Shown here: piece after piece, positions 17,020 through 26,115 of the stretch
Layout of the letters: every line of letters begins with the position of its first letter
Position numbering within the stretch: position 1 is the stretch's first letter
Assembly: GCA_004282895.1 (NCBI GenBank)
Contig: SHLQ01000002.1
Span: 1-51,910 of the forward strand
Length of the DNA: 51,910 nt
Source of the DNA: Acidimicrobiales bacterium
GTDB lineage: Bacteria > Actinomycetota > Acidimicrobiia > Acidimicrobiales > SHLQ01
Direction of reading: 5' to 3'
The notes under the pieces: model-generated
The model's input: only the letters and a program-made list of their open reading frames with translations
Database searches by the model: none
Told to the model about the DNA's origin: nothing
Made by a program: the position numbers and the translations under genes

Positions 17020-17996
17020 CGCGTAGGCCCGGGTTTGACGATGCGGGCGTCACCCTTGCCGGTGACCTTGATCAGCTTGCGAGCCTCGGCGGCCCGGACG
17101 AAGCTGCCGAAGTTGCGGTAGCCGAGTCTCTTCTCGGAGAAGTTGGGGTCGAGCTTCTTCAGCGCCGTCTTGAACCCCGTGAGCTTCACCTGCTTCACAT
17201 CGGCGAGCAGTTGGCTCACGAGCTGGTCGGCTTGCTCGGCCGCGCTGCCTGCCGCGAGCGTGACCTCGGGGTCACCGGTTCCTTCCAGGGACACCAAACC
17301 TTCGTCCTGGAGACTCTGCAACAACGATCCAAAGTTGCGGAAGCCCAGGTCGGTTTCGCTGAATGCGGGGTTCTTGCGCAGCACCGCACGTTTGAGGCTC
17401 GATGACCGGACGGTGCCGCTCGATTCGGCCAGGCCGGCGAGCGTGGCGAGCACGGTGGTGATGTCGCTGCTCGGAGGTCGGTCGTCGGAGGTGTCCGAGG
17501 GGCTGTCGTCACCCGCGTCGTTCACGAGGTTGTCGTAGAACATGAATTCGTCGCACGCTCCGGGCAGAAGCTTGGAGGTGGATGCGCGAACGCCGACACC
17601 GATGACCTCACGGTCGAACTCGCGCAGCTTCTGGACGAGCGGGCTGAGATCGCTGTCACCGGTGCAAATGACGAACGTGTCGATGTACTCGCGGTCGAGG
17701 GCGAGCTCGATCGCGTCGATCGCCATCTTGATGTCGGCGGCGTTCTTACGGCTGCCACCCATCTTCTGGGGGATGTCGATGAGCTCGACCTGATGGCGGG
17801 TGAGCATGCGACGGTCCTTGTCGAAGTACGACCAATCGGCATACGCCTTGCGGACGATGACTCGGCCGCGTTCGGCCAGCGCATCGGCGACGGGTCCAAA
17901 GTCGAACGCAACGCCAAGGTTGTCCTTCGCCCCGATGGCGAGGTTCTCGTAGTCGAGGTAGACCGCAATGCGCGGTTCCGGTTCATTGATCGCCAT
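17016..17996 (-). CDS. NYN (LabA-like, PIN-related) nuclease domain protein with two C-terminal OST-HTH/LOTUS modules
   Basis: NYN core: IAVYLDYENL...VRKAYADW...FVICTGDSDLSPLVQKLRE. There are two similar modules, LKRAVLRKNPAFSETDLGFRNFGSLLQSLQDEGLVSL and FKTALKKLDPNFSEKRLGYRNFGSFVRAAEARKLIKV. Confidence 0.8.
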   Translation of the reverse strand: MAINEPEPRIAVYLDYENLAIGAKDNLGVAFDFGPVADALAERGRVIVRKAYADWSYFDKDRRMLTRHQVELIDIPQKMGGSRKNAADIKMAIDAIELALDREYIDTFVICTGDSDLSPLVQKLREFDREVIGVGVRASTSKLLPGACDEFMFYDNLVNDAGDDSPSDTSDDRPPSSDITTVLATLAGLAESSGTVRSSSLKRAVLRKNPAFSETDLGFRNFGSLLQSLQDEGLVSLEGTGDPEVTLAAGSAAEQADQLVSQLLADVKQVKLTGFKTALKKLDPNFSEKRLGYRNFGSFVRAAEARKLIKVTGKGDARIVKPGPTR

Positions 17997-18130
17997 GTAG
18001 GCCTTTCGCTGGAACGGGATGTTCCTGCGGCCATGCTTACAGAGTCGCGTCGAAGGCGTCGGTATGGCTCCAACGGAGGACCTCGTTCCTCAACTGTTCA
18101 TGGGAATTCTGGAATGCTGGCGCGGGAGCG

Positions 18131-18730
18131 GTGCGTTTACGCCACATGACAGTGTTCAAGAACAAACCCCTTCTTCTTTCCATCGGCATCGTTGGCGTCG
18201 CGTTCTTCGCGTGGCTGGCCTTCGGATTCTTCGGCATCCAGTCCGCCTTTATCGACGACGAGGTGAGCGAAGCTGGCCCGGTCTTCACCGCTACTCCGGA
18301 GGAGCAGGATGTCGTCGCCGCCACCGAGGAGTTCCAGGAGGTGATGGAGGAAGCGGAGGAGAACCCGGTTGCTGCGAGCGAGCCGGTGGAAGCGGTGATG
18401 CCGGACGAGCCGGCCGAGGTCGTCACACTCTTCAGCGGGGACTTCTCGGGCGAGTCCCGCTACACGATCACCGGTGATGCACTTGTTCTCAACGACGGAA
18501 GTGAACAACGGTTTCTGCGGTTCGAGAACTTCGAGTCGAGCAACGGGCCGGACTTGAAGGTCTACCTGCGCGCCGCCAGTGGAGAGTTCGTCAGCCTCGG
18601 AGATCTCAAAGGAAACATTGGCGACCAGAACTACGAAATTCCGGCAGATGTCGACCTGACGGTGTTTCGTACCGTGGAGATTTGGTGTGAGCGCTTCGGC
18701 GTCGGATTTGGCGGCGCGGAACTGGTCTGA
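18131..18730 (+). CDS. Membrane-anchored DM13 domain protein
   Basis: An N-terminal TM (LLLSIGIVGVAFFAWLAFGFFG) and an acidic linker precede DM13-like RFLRFENFESSNGPDLKVYL...EIWCERFGVGFGGAEL. Start is 18131 or the ATG at 18146. Confidence 0.7.
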   Translation: MRLRHMTVFKNKPLLLSIGIVGVAFFAWLAFGFFGIQSAFIDDEVSEAGPVFTATPEEQDVVAATEEFQEVMEEAEENPVAASEPVEAVMPDEPAEVVTLFSGDFSGESRYTITGDALVLNDGSEQRFLRFENFESSNGPDLKVYLRAASGEFVSLGDLKGNIGDQNYEIPADVDLTVFRTVEIWCERFGVGFGGAELV

Positions 18731-18731
18731 G

Positions 18732-19754
18732 TCACCAGTGACGTAGATCGACGGGCCAGCGATCGAGTACCTTGCCATCGTCCACGAGCCACAGCACCTC
18801 GTGTTTGGCGACGGTGGGGTCGATGTGGGCCGGGGTCAGTTCGACGCGATCGCCGACACCCCATGCAGCGAGGTCGGCGGGTGCGAGGGTCGTGTGTTCG
18901 TCCGAACAGAAGAAGACGTCTCCCTGATCCCACGACGGGTCGCCGTGGTCCATACCCAAGGACTTGAGACCTGCGTCGACGACGATCCACCCTTTGGGGC
19001 TCTTCGAAATCACGGTTGCGCAAATGGTGGCGGCGGGGCGAAACGGAAGATCGAGCGAGTCGTACTGGGTATCCATGAGGGTGTAGCTACCCGCTTGAAT
19101 TTCGGTGCACCAGGTGTTCGTATCGAAGGTTCCGGTGCCGCCGCCGGAGATGATGGTTCCACCGACGGCATCGGCGGCTTCCAACAACTGCGCCATCGAC
19201 TCGTGCACGCGATCGGTTCGTTCGATGCGATCCTCGACCATCATCAGGTGGCCTTCGTAGCCCATGACACCGCGCACGGTCATCCCCGCAGCTCGGGCGG
19301 CATCAGCCAGTGGGCCAGCCTGATCGACTGCGCACCCACATCGAGGCAGGCCGACTTCGACATCGATCAACACGGAGCGAATACCAGCCGTCGCGGCCGC
19401 GGCGACGGTTTCCGCAGAATCGACCGCGACGGTGATCTGCGCGTTGTCGCTGTGCTGGGCGAGGGACGCAAGGCGGGCGGTGTCGACCGTTTCGTTGGCA
19501 AGGAGGATGTCGTCGGTCAGCCCGGCGAGGATGAGCCCCTCGACCTCGCGGGTTGTCGCCGCACAAAAGGCGACGTGTCCGTCGGCGGCCAAACGGCTTG
19601 CCAACGCCGTGGATTTGAACGCCTTGACATGAGGTCGCAGCTTTCGCCCGGGAAGAACCGCATCCATCGCGGCGAGGTTCGCGTCGAACGCAGCGCGGTC
19701 CACCAACAGCGCCGGTGTGTGCAGCTGATCGACCGTGTCTGGAGATGACGTCAT
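18732..19754 (-). CDS. PLP-dependent D-threonine aldolase / D-serine dehydratase-like enzyme (DSD1 family, alanine-racemase N-terminal fold)
   Basis: TPALLVDRAAFDANL...RPHVKAFKS contains the PLP-lysine context. The C-terminal part is typical of the D-serine dehydratase-like domain. I prefer the ATG at 19754 over the ORF opening at 19829. Confidence 0.75.
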   Translation of the reverse strand: MTSSPDTVDQLHTPALLVDRAAFDANLAAMDAVLPGRKLRPHVKAFKSTALASRLAADGHVAFCAATTREVEGLILAGLTDDILLANETVDTARLASLAQHSDNAQITVAVDSAETVAAAATAGIRSVLIDVEVGLPRCGCAVDQAGPLADAARAAGMTVRGVMGYEGHLMMVEDRIERTDRVHESMAQLLEAADAVGGTIISGGGTGTFDTNTWCTEIQAGSYTLMDTQYDSLDLPFRPAATICATVISKSPKGWIVVDAGLKSLGMDHGDPSWDQGDVFFCSDEHTTLAPADLAAWGVGDRVELTPAHIDPTVAKHEVLWLVDDGKVLDRWPVDLRHW

Positions 19755-19810
19755 GTGCCATGTTGCGGCGGGACTGGTGCCCTGGTCAATGCGGGTCGTA
19801 GCGTGGCGCC

Positions 19811-21118
19811 ATGTCCGACACACCGCCAACCGTTGTCACGAACTGGTCGGGCAACCAGTCGTGCTCGCCGCTGGCGGTGCACACACCGACGTCCACCGCC
19901 GAGGTCGCGCGCATCGTCAGCGCGGCGGCCGAGAGCGGGGATCAGGTGAAGGTGATTGGCGCCGGTCACTCGTTCACGAGCGCCGCAATGACCGATGGGG
20001 TGTTGTTACGCCTCGATGGGTTGGCTTCGGTCGAGGGCGTGGACGTGCTCGGCGTGGCAACGGTCGGGGCGGGCATTTCGCTGTCGGCTCTGAATCGGGA
20101 GTTGCGCAGTCGAGGGCGTGGGTTGCCAAACCTTGGCGATATCGACAAGCAGTCTTTGGCGGGCGCGACAGCGACGGCCACCCACGGAACCGGCGCACAA
20201 CTGGGCAATCTGTCGACCGGCATCGTGGGTCTGGAACTGGTGACGGGCACCGGTGAGGTGTTGTGGTGCGACACGATCGAGAACGCTGATGTGTTCCGCG
20301 CCGCACGAGTGAGTGTTGGCGCGTTGGGCATCATCACCCGTATTGCCATCGAAACGGTTCCGGCATTCAACCTGCACTCCGTCGAGAGCCCGGAACCGAT
20401 CGGCGACCTCTTGAAGCACTGGGAGGACTTCATCAACAGCGCCCAACACATCGAGTTCTTCTGGATGCCGGGCACGCAGATCGGTTTGGTCAAACGCAAC
20501 AACCCGACGAGCCGCGATGGTTCGACACTACGAACGGCCAAAGACAAGGCCGAGAAGCTGTTGGTGGAGAACATGGCGTTCGGAGCGGCCATGCGGACGG
20601 TTCGACGGTTCCCCGGCACGCGGGAGTTCATCACGACGGCGATCGGTGGATTGGTCAGTGGCACGGAACGTATCGATCGAAGCGAACGAATCTTTGTTAC
20701 CCCGCGTCATGTGCGGTTCATGGAGATGGAATACGGCATTCCGGTGGCTGCGGTCCCCGAGGCGTTTCGGCGGGTGCAGGAGCTCGCGTCCGCAATGCCG
20801 GATCCACCAGCTTTCCCGGTGGAGGTTCGGGTGTCTGCGGCCGACGACATCGACCTGTCGACTGCCGAAGGGCGCGACTCCGGATGGATCGCCGTGCATC
20901 GCTACCAGGGCGTTCCCTATGACGACTATTTCAAGGGGGTGGAGGAGATCATGAACGACTACGACGGCCGCCCTCATTGGGGCAAGTTTCACTATCAAAC
21001 CGCGGAGACACTTGCCCCCCGTTACCCCCAGTGGGACGCGTTCGCCGCTATCCGTAACCGCACCGACCCGGACCGTCTCTTCGCCAACACCTACACCCAA
21101 CGGGTCCTCGGCAACTAG
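19811..21118 (+). CDS. FAD-dependent D-arabinono-1,4-lactone / L-gulonolactone oxidase family oxidoreductase
   Basis: N-terminal NWSGNQSC...VKVIGAGHSFT (FAD_binding_4) and C-terminal ALO motif GRPHWGKFHY...DPDRLFANTY. Confidence 0.8.
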   Translation: MSDTPPTVVTNWSGNQSCSPLAVHTPTSTAEVARIVSAAAESGDQVKVIGAGHSFTSAAMTDGVLLRLDGLASVEGVDVLGVATVGAGISLSALNRELRSRGRGLPNLGDIDKQSLAGATATATHGTGAQLGNLSTGIVGLELVTGTGEVLWCDTIENADVFRAARVSVGALGIITRIAIETVPAFNLHSVESPEPIGDLLKHWEDFINSAQHIEFFWMPGTQIGLVKRNNPTSRDGSTLRTAKDKAEKLLVENMAFGAAMRTVRRFPGTREFITTAIGGLVSGTERIDRSERIFVTPRHVRFMEMEYGIPVAAVPEAFRRVQELASAMPDPPAFPVEVRVSAADDIDLSTAEGRDSGWIAVHRYQGVPYDDYFKGVEEIMNDYDGRPHWGKFHYQTAETLAPRYPQWDAFAAIRNRTDPDRLFANTYTQRVLGN

Positions 21119-21163
21119 AAGGGGTCTGACCCCTATTCGCAAAAAGGGGTCAGACCCCTTTTT
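21119..21163. repeat. Composite palindromic element, copy 3 (AAGGGGTCTGACCCCT-N10-AGGGGTCAGACCCCTT + TTT); probable bidirectional terminator
   Basis: It starts immediately after the TAG at 21116..21118 and ends 6 nt before the stop of the convergent EamA gene (21169). I verified the arms as reverse complements. Confidence 0.75.
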
Positions 21164-21168
21164 CGCTG

Positions 21169-22005
21169 TTAGCCGATCGCGATGAATGCAGTGGCCATCA
21201 TTGCGAGGCCCGCTCCAAAGAGTTGCGGTCGACTCATTCGTTCATGCAGGACCAGCCGCGCAAGGACGATCGTGCTGATGGGGTAGAGGGCGGTGAGCAC
21301 AGAAACTGTGGTCAGGTCCCCGACACGCAACGCATAGAGGAACAGCACGTTGGAGCCGGTGTCGAAGATCCCAGTAAGTACGACCAAACTTCGGGACGTC
21401 TGGTCGGTGGGAACAAGCTGTCGTCGGTTCGCCAGCAACCAGCCGACGATCAGCGTCGCCGACAGCAGGCGGGCGCCGACGATGGGCCACGGTGCAGAAT
21501 CACCATCGGTGAAGTCGAGGAGAATGAAGAAGACTCCAAAGCCGACCCCTGCCAGCAGTGCTTCGACGACGACCTGAACGTTGACTTCCGCACCTGAGTC
21601 ATCCTTAGCCACGGCCGTCAGCCATATCGCTACAAAGGCAATGGCCACCCCGATCCACCCGAGTAACCCGAACCGGTCACCGGAGACCACACCCCACGTC
21701 GCCGGCACAGCAGCGGACGTCACTGCGGTGATTGGTGCCACGATCGACATCGGCCCGCGCGCAAGCCCGTGATACAACAGACCGACCCCGAGTGCGCCGA
21801 ATGCACCCGCAGCCATGCCGATCGTGAAGTCAGCGAGCGTGAACGTGTTGTCGATCAGCACCGAGGCCAGAAACACGCCAATCAGACCGATCAGATGTGA
21901 ACCGCCCACCACCTGGGTGATGTGGAGCCTCTTGGCGGAGAGCCCTCCAAAGAAGTCGCCCGTGCCAAACGCGGCAGCGACAATTAGCGAGAGGACGATG
22001 GCCAT
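21169..22005 (-). CDS. EamA/DMT-superfamily transporter (10 TM)
   Basis: 278 aa, entirely hydrophobic with about 10 helices. The Gly/Ala-rich two-fold repeat architecture is typical of EamA. Confidence 0.75.
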   Translation of the reverse strand: MAIVLSLIVAAAFGTGDFFGGLSAKRLHITQVVGGSHLIGLIGVFLASVLIDNTFTLADFTIGMAAGAFGALGVGLLYHGLARGPMSIVAPITAVTSAAVPATWGVVSGDRFGLLGWIGVAIAFVAIWLTAVAKDDSGAEVNVQVVVEALLAGVGFGVFFILLDFTDGDSAPWPIVGARLLSATLIVGWLLANRRQLVPTDQTSRSLVVLTGIFDTGSNVLFLYALRVGDLTTVSVLTALYPISTIVLARLVLHERMSRPQLFGAGLAMMATAFIAIG

Positions 22006-22037
22006 CCGGCAAGGCTACGGTTTGGGACGAGGTACGT

Positions 22038-23756
22038 ATGCATGATGTGGTGATTCGAAACGGCACGATCGTTGATGGCACAGGCCAGCCCCGGTTCGTA
22101 GGGGACATTGCGATCGATGGCGAGGTGATATCGGCGGTGGGGCAGGTCACCGGTTCGGGCGAGCGCGAGATCGACGCGACCGGGTTGCTGGTCACCCCCG
22201 GCTTCGTCGATATGCATACGCACTACGACGCGCAAGCGACGTGGGATCCGTACATCACCCCATCGGGCTGGCATGGGGTCACCACGGTGGTCATGGGCAA
22301 CTGCGGCGTGGGGTTTGCTCCAGCCCGAACGGAACGGCGTGACTTTCTTATCCGACTCATGGAGGGCGTGGAAGACATCCCGGGTGCCGCGCTCACCGAT
22401 GGCATCCAATGGGAATGGGAGACGTTCCCCGAGTATCTCGATGCCTTGGAGAAGCGAAGCTTTGTCGCCGACATCGGCACGCAGGTTCCTCATTCCGCGG
22501 TTCGGGCGTGGGTGATGGATGAACGTTGTGCCGATGGCATCGATGCCACGGCCGAGGAGATCGCGGAGATGCGGGCGATCACGACCGAGGGTCTCCGAGC
22601 GGGCGCGCTCGGGTTCAGTACCTCGCGGACGCCGCTACACAAGTCGATCGACGGTGATCTCGTACCTGGCACATCGGCGGAGATTGAGGAGGTGCTCGGT
22701 ATTGCCGATGGCATGGCCGAAGCCGGCCACGGTGTCTTCGAGTGTGCGTTGCATCATCCGGATGTGCCGGAATCGTTTTCCTGGATGCGTGAGATTGCCA
22801 CCCGCACCGAGAAGCCAGTCGTGTTCAATTTCAACATCAGCGACATCGCGCCGGAGCTGTGGCGGGACGTGCTCGAGATGCTCGATGAGGCAGCGGCCGA
22901 CAACGTGGAGCTCTACGGCCAGGTGGCGGGGCGGCCGGTTGGCGTGCTGATGAGCTGGGACGGCACGCTGAATCCGTTCGTCGGCCGACCATCCTTCGAA
23001 GCGCTGAGGGGTCTGACCCCTTCCGAGCGGAAAGAGCGACTGACGGATCCGGAAACTCGTGCGGCGATCCTGTCGGAGCGCTCGACGGATGATCGTCCCA
23101 TCGTGCGATTTGTGGCGGACACCTTTGAACGCATGTGGCGCTTCGAAGGTGACGCGGACTACGAACCCGAGGCCAATGCGAGCCTCGCCTCGTTGGCCGA
23201 TGGTGACCCTGGCCGAGCCGCGGAACTTGCGTACGACCACCTGAACCACGACGACGGCAACGGCATCATCTACTTCCCGTTCCTCAACTACTCGGCGGGG
23301 AATCTCGACCCACTTCACGAGATGCATCAACACCACCGCACCCGTATGGGTCTGGCCGATGGCGGCGCCCACTGCGGAACGATCGTCGATGGCGGGATGC
23401 CCACCTACATGCTGTCGTACTGGGCACGGGATCGGTCCCGCGGCGACCGGCTCGAGCTCGAATGGGTGGTGCACCGACAGACGCAGCAGACCGCGGAGTT
23501 CTACGGGCTTGACGATCGTGGGGTGTTGAAGCCGGGCTTCCGCGCCGATGTCAACGTGATCGACTTCGAGAACCTGGCCGTGGACATGCCCCGCATGCGG
23601 TGGGACCTTCCGACCGGAGCACCCCGCTACGTACAACAGGGGCGCGGCTACCGCTACACGATCTGTCGTGGCGCGGTGACGGTCGAGGACGACAGTTTCA
23701 CCGGTGCGCTGCCGGGCGCGCTGATTCGTGGTCCGCAGGCCGCGCCGGCGATCTGA
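22038..23756 (+). CDS. N-acyl-D-amino-acid deacylase (D-aminoacylase) family amidohydrolase
   Basis: N-terminal DVVIRNGTIVDGTG...IAIDGEVISAVG...DATGLLVTPGFVDMHTHYD is the classic D-aminoacylase/amidohydrolase_3 start. Length is 572 aa. Confidence 0.8.
   Translation: MHDVVIRNGTIVDGTGQPRFVGDIAIDGEVISAVGQVTGSGEREIDATGLLVTPGFVDMHTHYDAQATWDPYITPSGWHGVTTVVMGNCGVGFAPARTERRDFLIRLMEGVEDIPGAALTDGIQWEWETFPEYLDALEKRSFVADIGTQVPHSAVRAWVMDERCADGIDATAEEIAEMRAITTEGLRAGALGFSTSRTPLHKSIDGDLVPGTSAEIEEVLGIADGMAEAGHGVFECALHHPDVPESFSWMREIATRTEKPVVFNFNISDIAPELWRDVLEMLDEAAADNVELYGQVAGRPVGVLMSWDGTLNPFVGRPSFEALRGLTPSERKERLTDPETRAAILSERSTDDRPIVRFVADTFERMWRFEGDADYEPEANASLASLADGDPGRAAELAYDHLNHDDGNGIIYFPFLNYSAGNLDPLHEMHQHHRTRMGLADGGAHCGTIVDGGMPTYMLSYWARDRSRGDRLELEWVVHRQTQQTAEFYGLDDRGVLKPGFRADVNVIDFENLAVDMPRMRWDLPTGAPRYVQQGRGYRYTICRGAVTVEDDSFTGALPGALIRGPQAAPAI
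23007..23021. repeat. Half-copy of the GGGGTCTGACCCC palindrome inside the D-aminoacylase CDS
   Basis: AGGGGTCTGACCCCT is in frame as AGG GGT CTG ACC CCT, encoding R-G-L-T-P within ...EALRGLTPSERK.... Confidence 0.6.
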
Positions 23757-23929
23757 TCAAAATTGGCTAAACACCCACTCGTTTGGGCCGATGAGGGTAG
23801 GGAAGTAGCGGCGGCGGAACCCGTAAAGGGGCCAACGGCGACCTTTCACTCCCGGTCGGAAAATGCGGGCCGGGAGTGTAGGTCGAACGCAACTCGAACC
23901 GAGTCGCCCACGTCACCTACGCTGCGCGG

Positions 23930-24385
23930 ATGAGTTTCGAGAATCGAGCGCACCAGTACGACCCGCTCCCGCCGGAGCTCGCCGACAGATGGGCGTATTT
24001 CCCGCATTGGGAAGGCAAGCGGTACTTCGTGAACCTCGTTGGTATCGAGGTCGAGGAGTTGCGCACGGACTACGCACGCATGTCCATGCCGTTCAAGGAG
24101 GAGAACCTTCAGGCGGCGGAGATCATGCACGGCGGTGTTATTGCCACGCTGATCGACACGGTTGTCGTGCCGGCGATAGGAGCCGGACTTGCTGAGGGTT
24201 CACTGTGGTCGACGATCGAGTTGCACGTTCTGTATCACCGTCCGCTCGTGACCGACGCGGTGGCTGAGGGTTGGGTGGTGAAACGGGGCAAGTCCGTGGT
24301 CTTCACCCAGGGTGAAGTGTTCGATGCCGAGGGTCGACTCGTGGCTTCAGGAACTGCCACCTACCTGGTCAAGCCGCCTGACTAA
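23930..24385 (+). CDS. PaaI-family (hotdog fold) thioesterase
   Basis: 151 aa. The MHGGVIATLIDTVV motif and the size fit the PaaI/4HBT family. Confidence 0.8.
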   Translation: MSFENRAHQYDPLPPELADRWAYFPHWEGKRYFVNLVGIEVEELRTDYARMSMPFKEENLQAAEIMHGGVIATLIDTVVVPAIGAGLAEGSLWSTIELHVLYHRPLVTDAVAEGWVVKRGKSVVFTQGEVFDAEGRLVASGTATYLVKPPD

Positions 24386-24434
24386 CTCCGCCCGGTCTTT
24401 CACGAAGGGTTGATGACCGGTACCCTCGAAAAAC

Positions 24435-25784
24435 ATGGCAGATGTCCTAATTCGCGCGCGTCCGTGGACCGTCGTTCTGGCGTTGACGCTTTTCGCTGCG
24501 GGCTGTGGGAGCGACACCCCCGAGGGCTCGTTCAGTGCGGCGGTCACCGTTCCGGCGACGACCACATCGACGACTGCCGCCCCCGAGACAACCGAAGCGA
24601 CCGCCGCGCCCACGACCACCACGTCGACCACGACGACCGTGGCGCCACCGATTCTCGATGAGTTCGGCTGGAGTCTGACCGCCGAAGCGCCATGGTCGAA
24701 ACGAGCCGGCCTGCGGGTGGTTGAGCTCGACGGACGAATCCTCATGATGGGTGGACGCACGCCCAATCAATCCACGATTCCCGGGGACAGCGAGATCTGG
24801 GCGGACGTGTGGGCAACGGACGACCTTGGTGCCTCGTGGATCCAGGTTTCGGCGGGTGGAGATCACTGGTCGCCCCGCGCCTACTTCCAGGTCGCCAAGA
24901 AATCGGGTGAGGTGTTCGTGCTCGGTGGCCAGGACTACGGACTCGAGCCGAACCCGTTTTGTGCGCTGCTCGAGCAGGGTTTGGAGCCGCCGCCTGAGCT
25001 CGGCATCGACCCGGATGCCCCCTGCCCCGAATTCTTTCCGACGTCGCAGTTCTTCAACGACGTGTGGAAGACCAGCGACGGCGTCACGTGGGAGCAGATG
25101 ACAGAGGCCGCTCCGTGGGCAGGCCGGGCCGGTCTCAGCGCCGAAGTGCTTGGCGACTACATCTACGTGCTTGGTGGATCCCAGAACGATGACTCGTCGA
25201 TCATCGGCGCCAACGGTCCGCAGCGGATCTACTACAACGATGTCTGGCGCAGCGACGATGGTGCGTCGTGGCAGCTGATGACGGAGTCCGCGCCGTGGGA
25301 ACCGCGTGCCGGTGGTGTGCTGGTCGTGAAGGATGACGCCATGTATCTCCTCGGAGGAGAGGACGGGTTTACGTGTAGTCCGTTGCCTGATTGTGAGGCG
25401 CCGTACTTCAACGACGTGTGGCGAAGCGTCGACGGCGCATCATGGGACCTCGTGGCGCCGGAAGCCGGTTGGAGCCCGCGGCCGGGGCACGTGTGTGAAG
25501 TGTTGTACGGCGAGTTCGTGTGTTTCGGTGGCTTCGGCTTGATCGAAAACCCCATGGACATCTGGGCGAGTGCGGATGGTGCGACCTGGCGAGAGTTGGC
25601 CGATATTCCGTGGGGGGCCGAGCAGCCGGAGCAGATGCGCTACGACTTCGACTCGTTGGTCACCGAGACTCCCGACGGAGCCGTGTTGCTCACCTTCGGT
25701 GGGGATCGAGAGACCTTTGATTTCGCAGATCCGGATAACTGGACGCGAGTCGACAACGACGTGTGGGCGTTCGCTTCCGAGTAG
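24435..25784 (+). CDS. Secreted (probable lipo)protein with a Thr-rich linker and a Kelch-like beta-propeller
   Basis: Signal with LFAAGC|GS. The linker is TTTSTTAAPETTEATAAPTTTTSTTTTVAPP. Blades recur: NDVWKTSDGVTWEQM..APWAGRAG, NDVWRSDDGASWQLM..APWEPRAG and NDVWRSVDGASWDLV..AGWSPRPG. Confidence 0.7.
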   Translation: MADVLIRARPWTVVLALTLFAAGCGSDTPEGSFSAAVTVPATTTSTTAAPETTEATAAPTTTTSTTTTVAPPILDEFGWSLTAEAPWSKRAGLRVVELDGRILMMGGRTPNQSTIPGDSEIWADVWATDDLGASWIQVSAGGDHWSPRAYFQVAKKSGEVFVLGGQDYGLEPNPFCALLEQGLEPPPELGIDPDAPCPEFFPTSQFFNDVWKTSDGVTWEQMTEAAPWAGRAGLSAEVLGDYIYVLGGSQNDDSSIIGANGPQRIYYNDVWRSDDGASWQLMTESAPWEPRAGGVLVVKDDAMYLLGGEDGFTCSPLPDCEAPYFNDVWRSVDGASWDLVAPEAGWSPRPGHVCEVLYGEFVCFGGFGLIENPMDIWASADGATWRELADIPWGAEQPEQMRYDFDSLVTETPDGAVLLTFGGDRETFDFADPDNWTRVDNDVWAFASE

Positions 25785-25811
25785 GCGATTGCTCCGTTCT
25801 AGACTCGGCGA

Positions 25812-26102
25812 GTGGGCGACACTCCGAGTTCGAGGCAGCGGCTCTCGGCGACGCACGTCCTGTTGGCCCTCATCGGCTGGGGGCTGCAGATGTTGTTCGG
25901 TGTGGTCGCGTTCGCGTCGGGTTTGGTTGCTCCGCCAATCGGGGTGGCGATCATCATTTCCTTCTGGGCGGCGACGGCGCTGATCTCGTTGCTCTACTGG
26001 CGACGCGCGGCGTGGGTTGCTCTGGCGTGTGGGCTGTCGGCCGCGATGCTGATCCTGGCCACGGTCACCATTGGAGACCTTGTCTACGGCTGGACTGCCT
26101 GA
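25812..26102 (+). CDS. Small hypothetical membrane protein (about 3 TM)
   Basis: 96 aa with a GTG start and strong third-position GC bias. There are three hydrophobic stretches. I recognise no family. Confidence 0.4.
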   Translation: MGDTPSSRQRLSATHVLLALIGWGLQMLFGVVAFASGLVAPPIGVAIIISFWAATALISLLYWRRAAWVALACGLSAAMLILATVTIGDLVYGWTA

Positions 26103-26115
26103 ATCCTCACCCGCG

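Noticed and set aside
18011-18025. Palindrome GGAAC-GGGAT-GTTCC upstream of the NYN gene, considered as an SOS box.
   Set aside because: The spacer is 5 nt rather than the 4 nt required by the LexA consensus, and the flanks do not match. It may still be some other operator, but I cannot support that.
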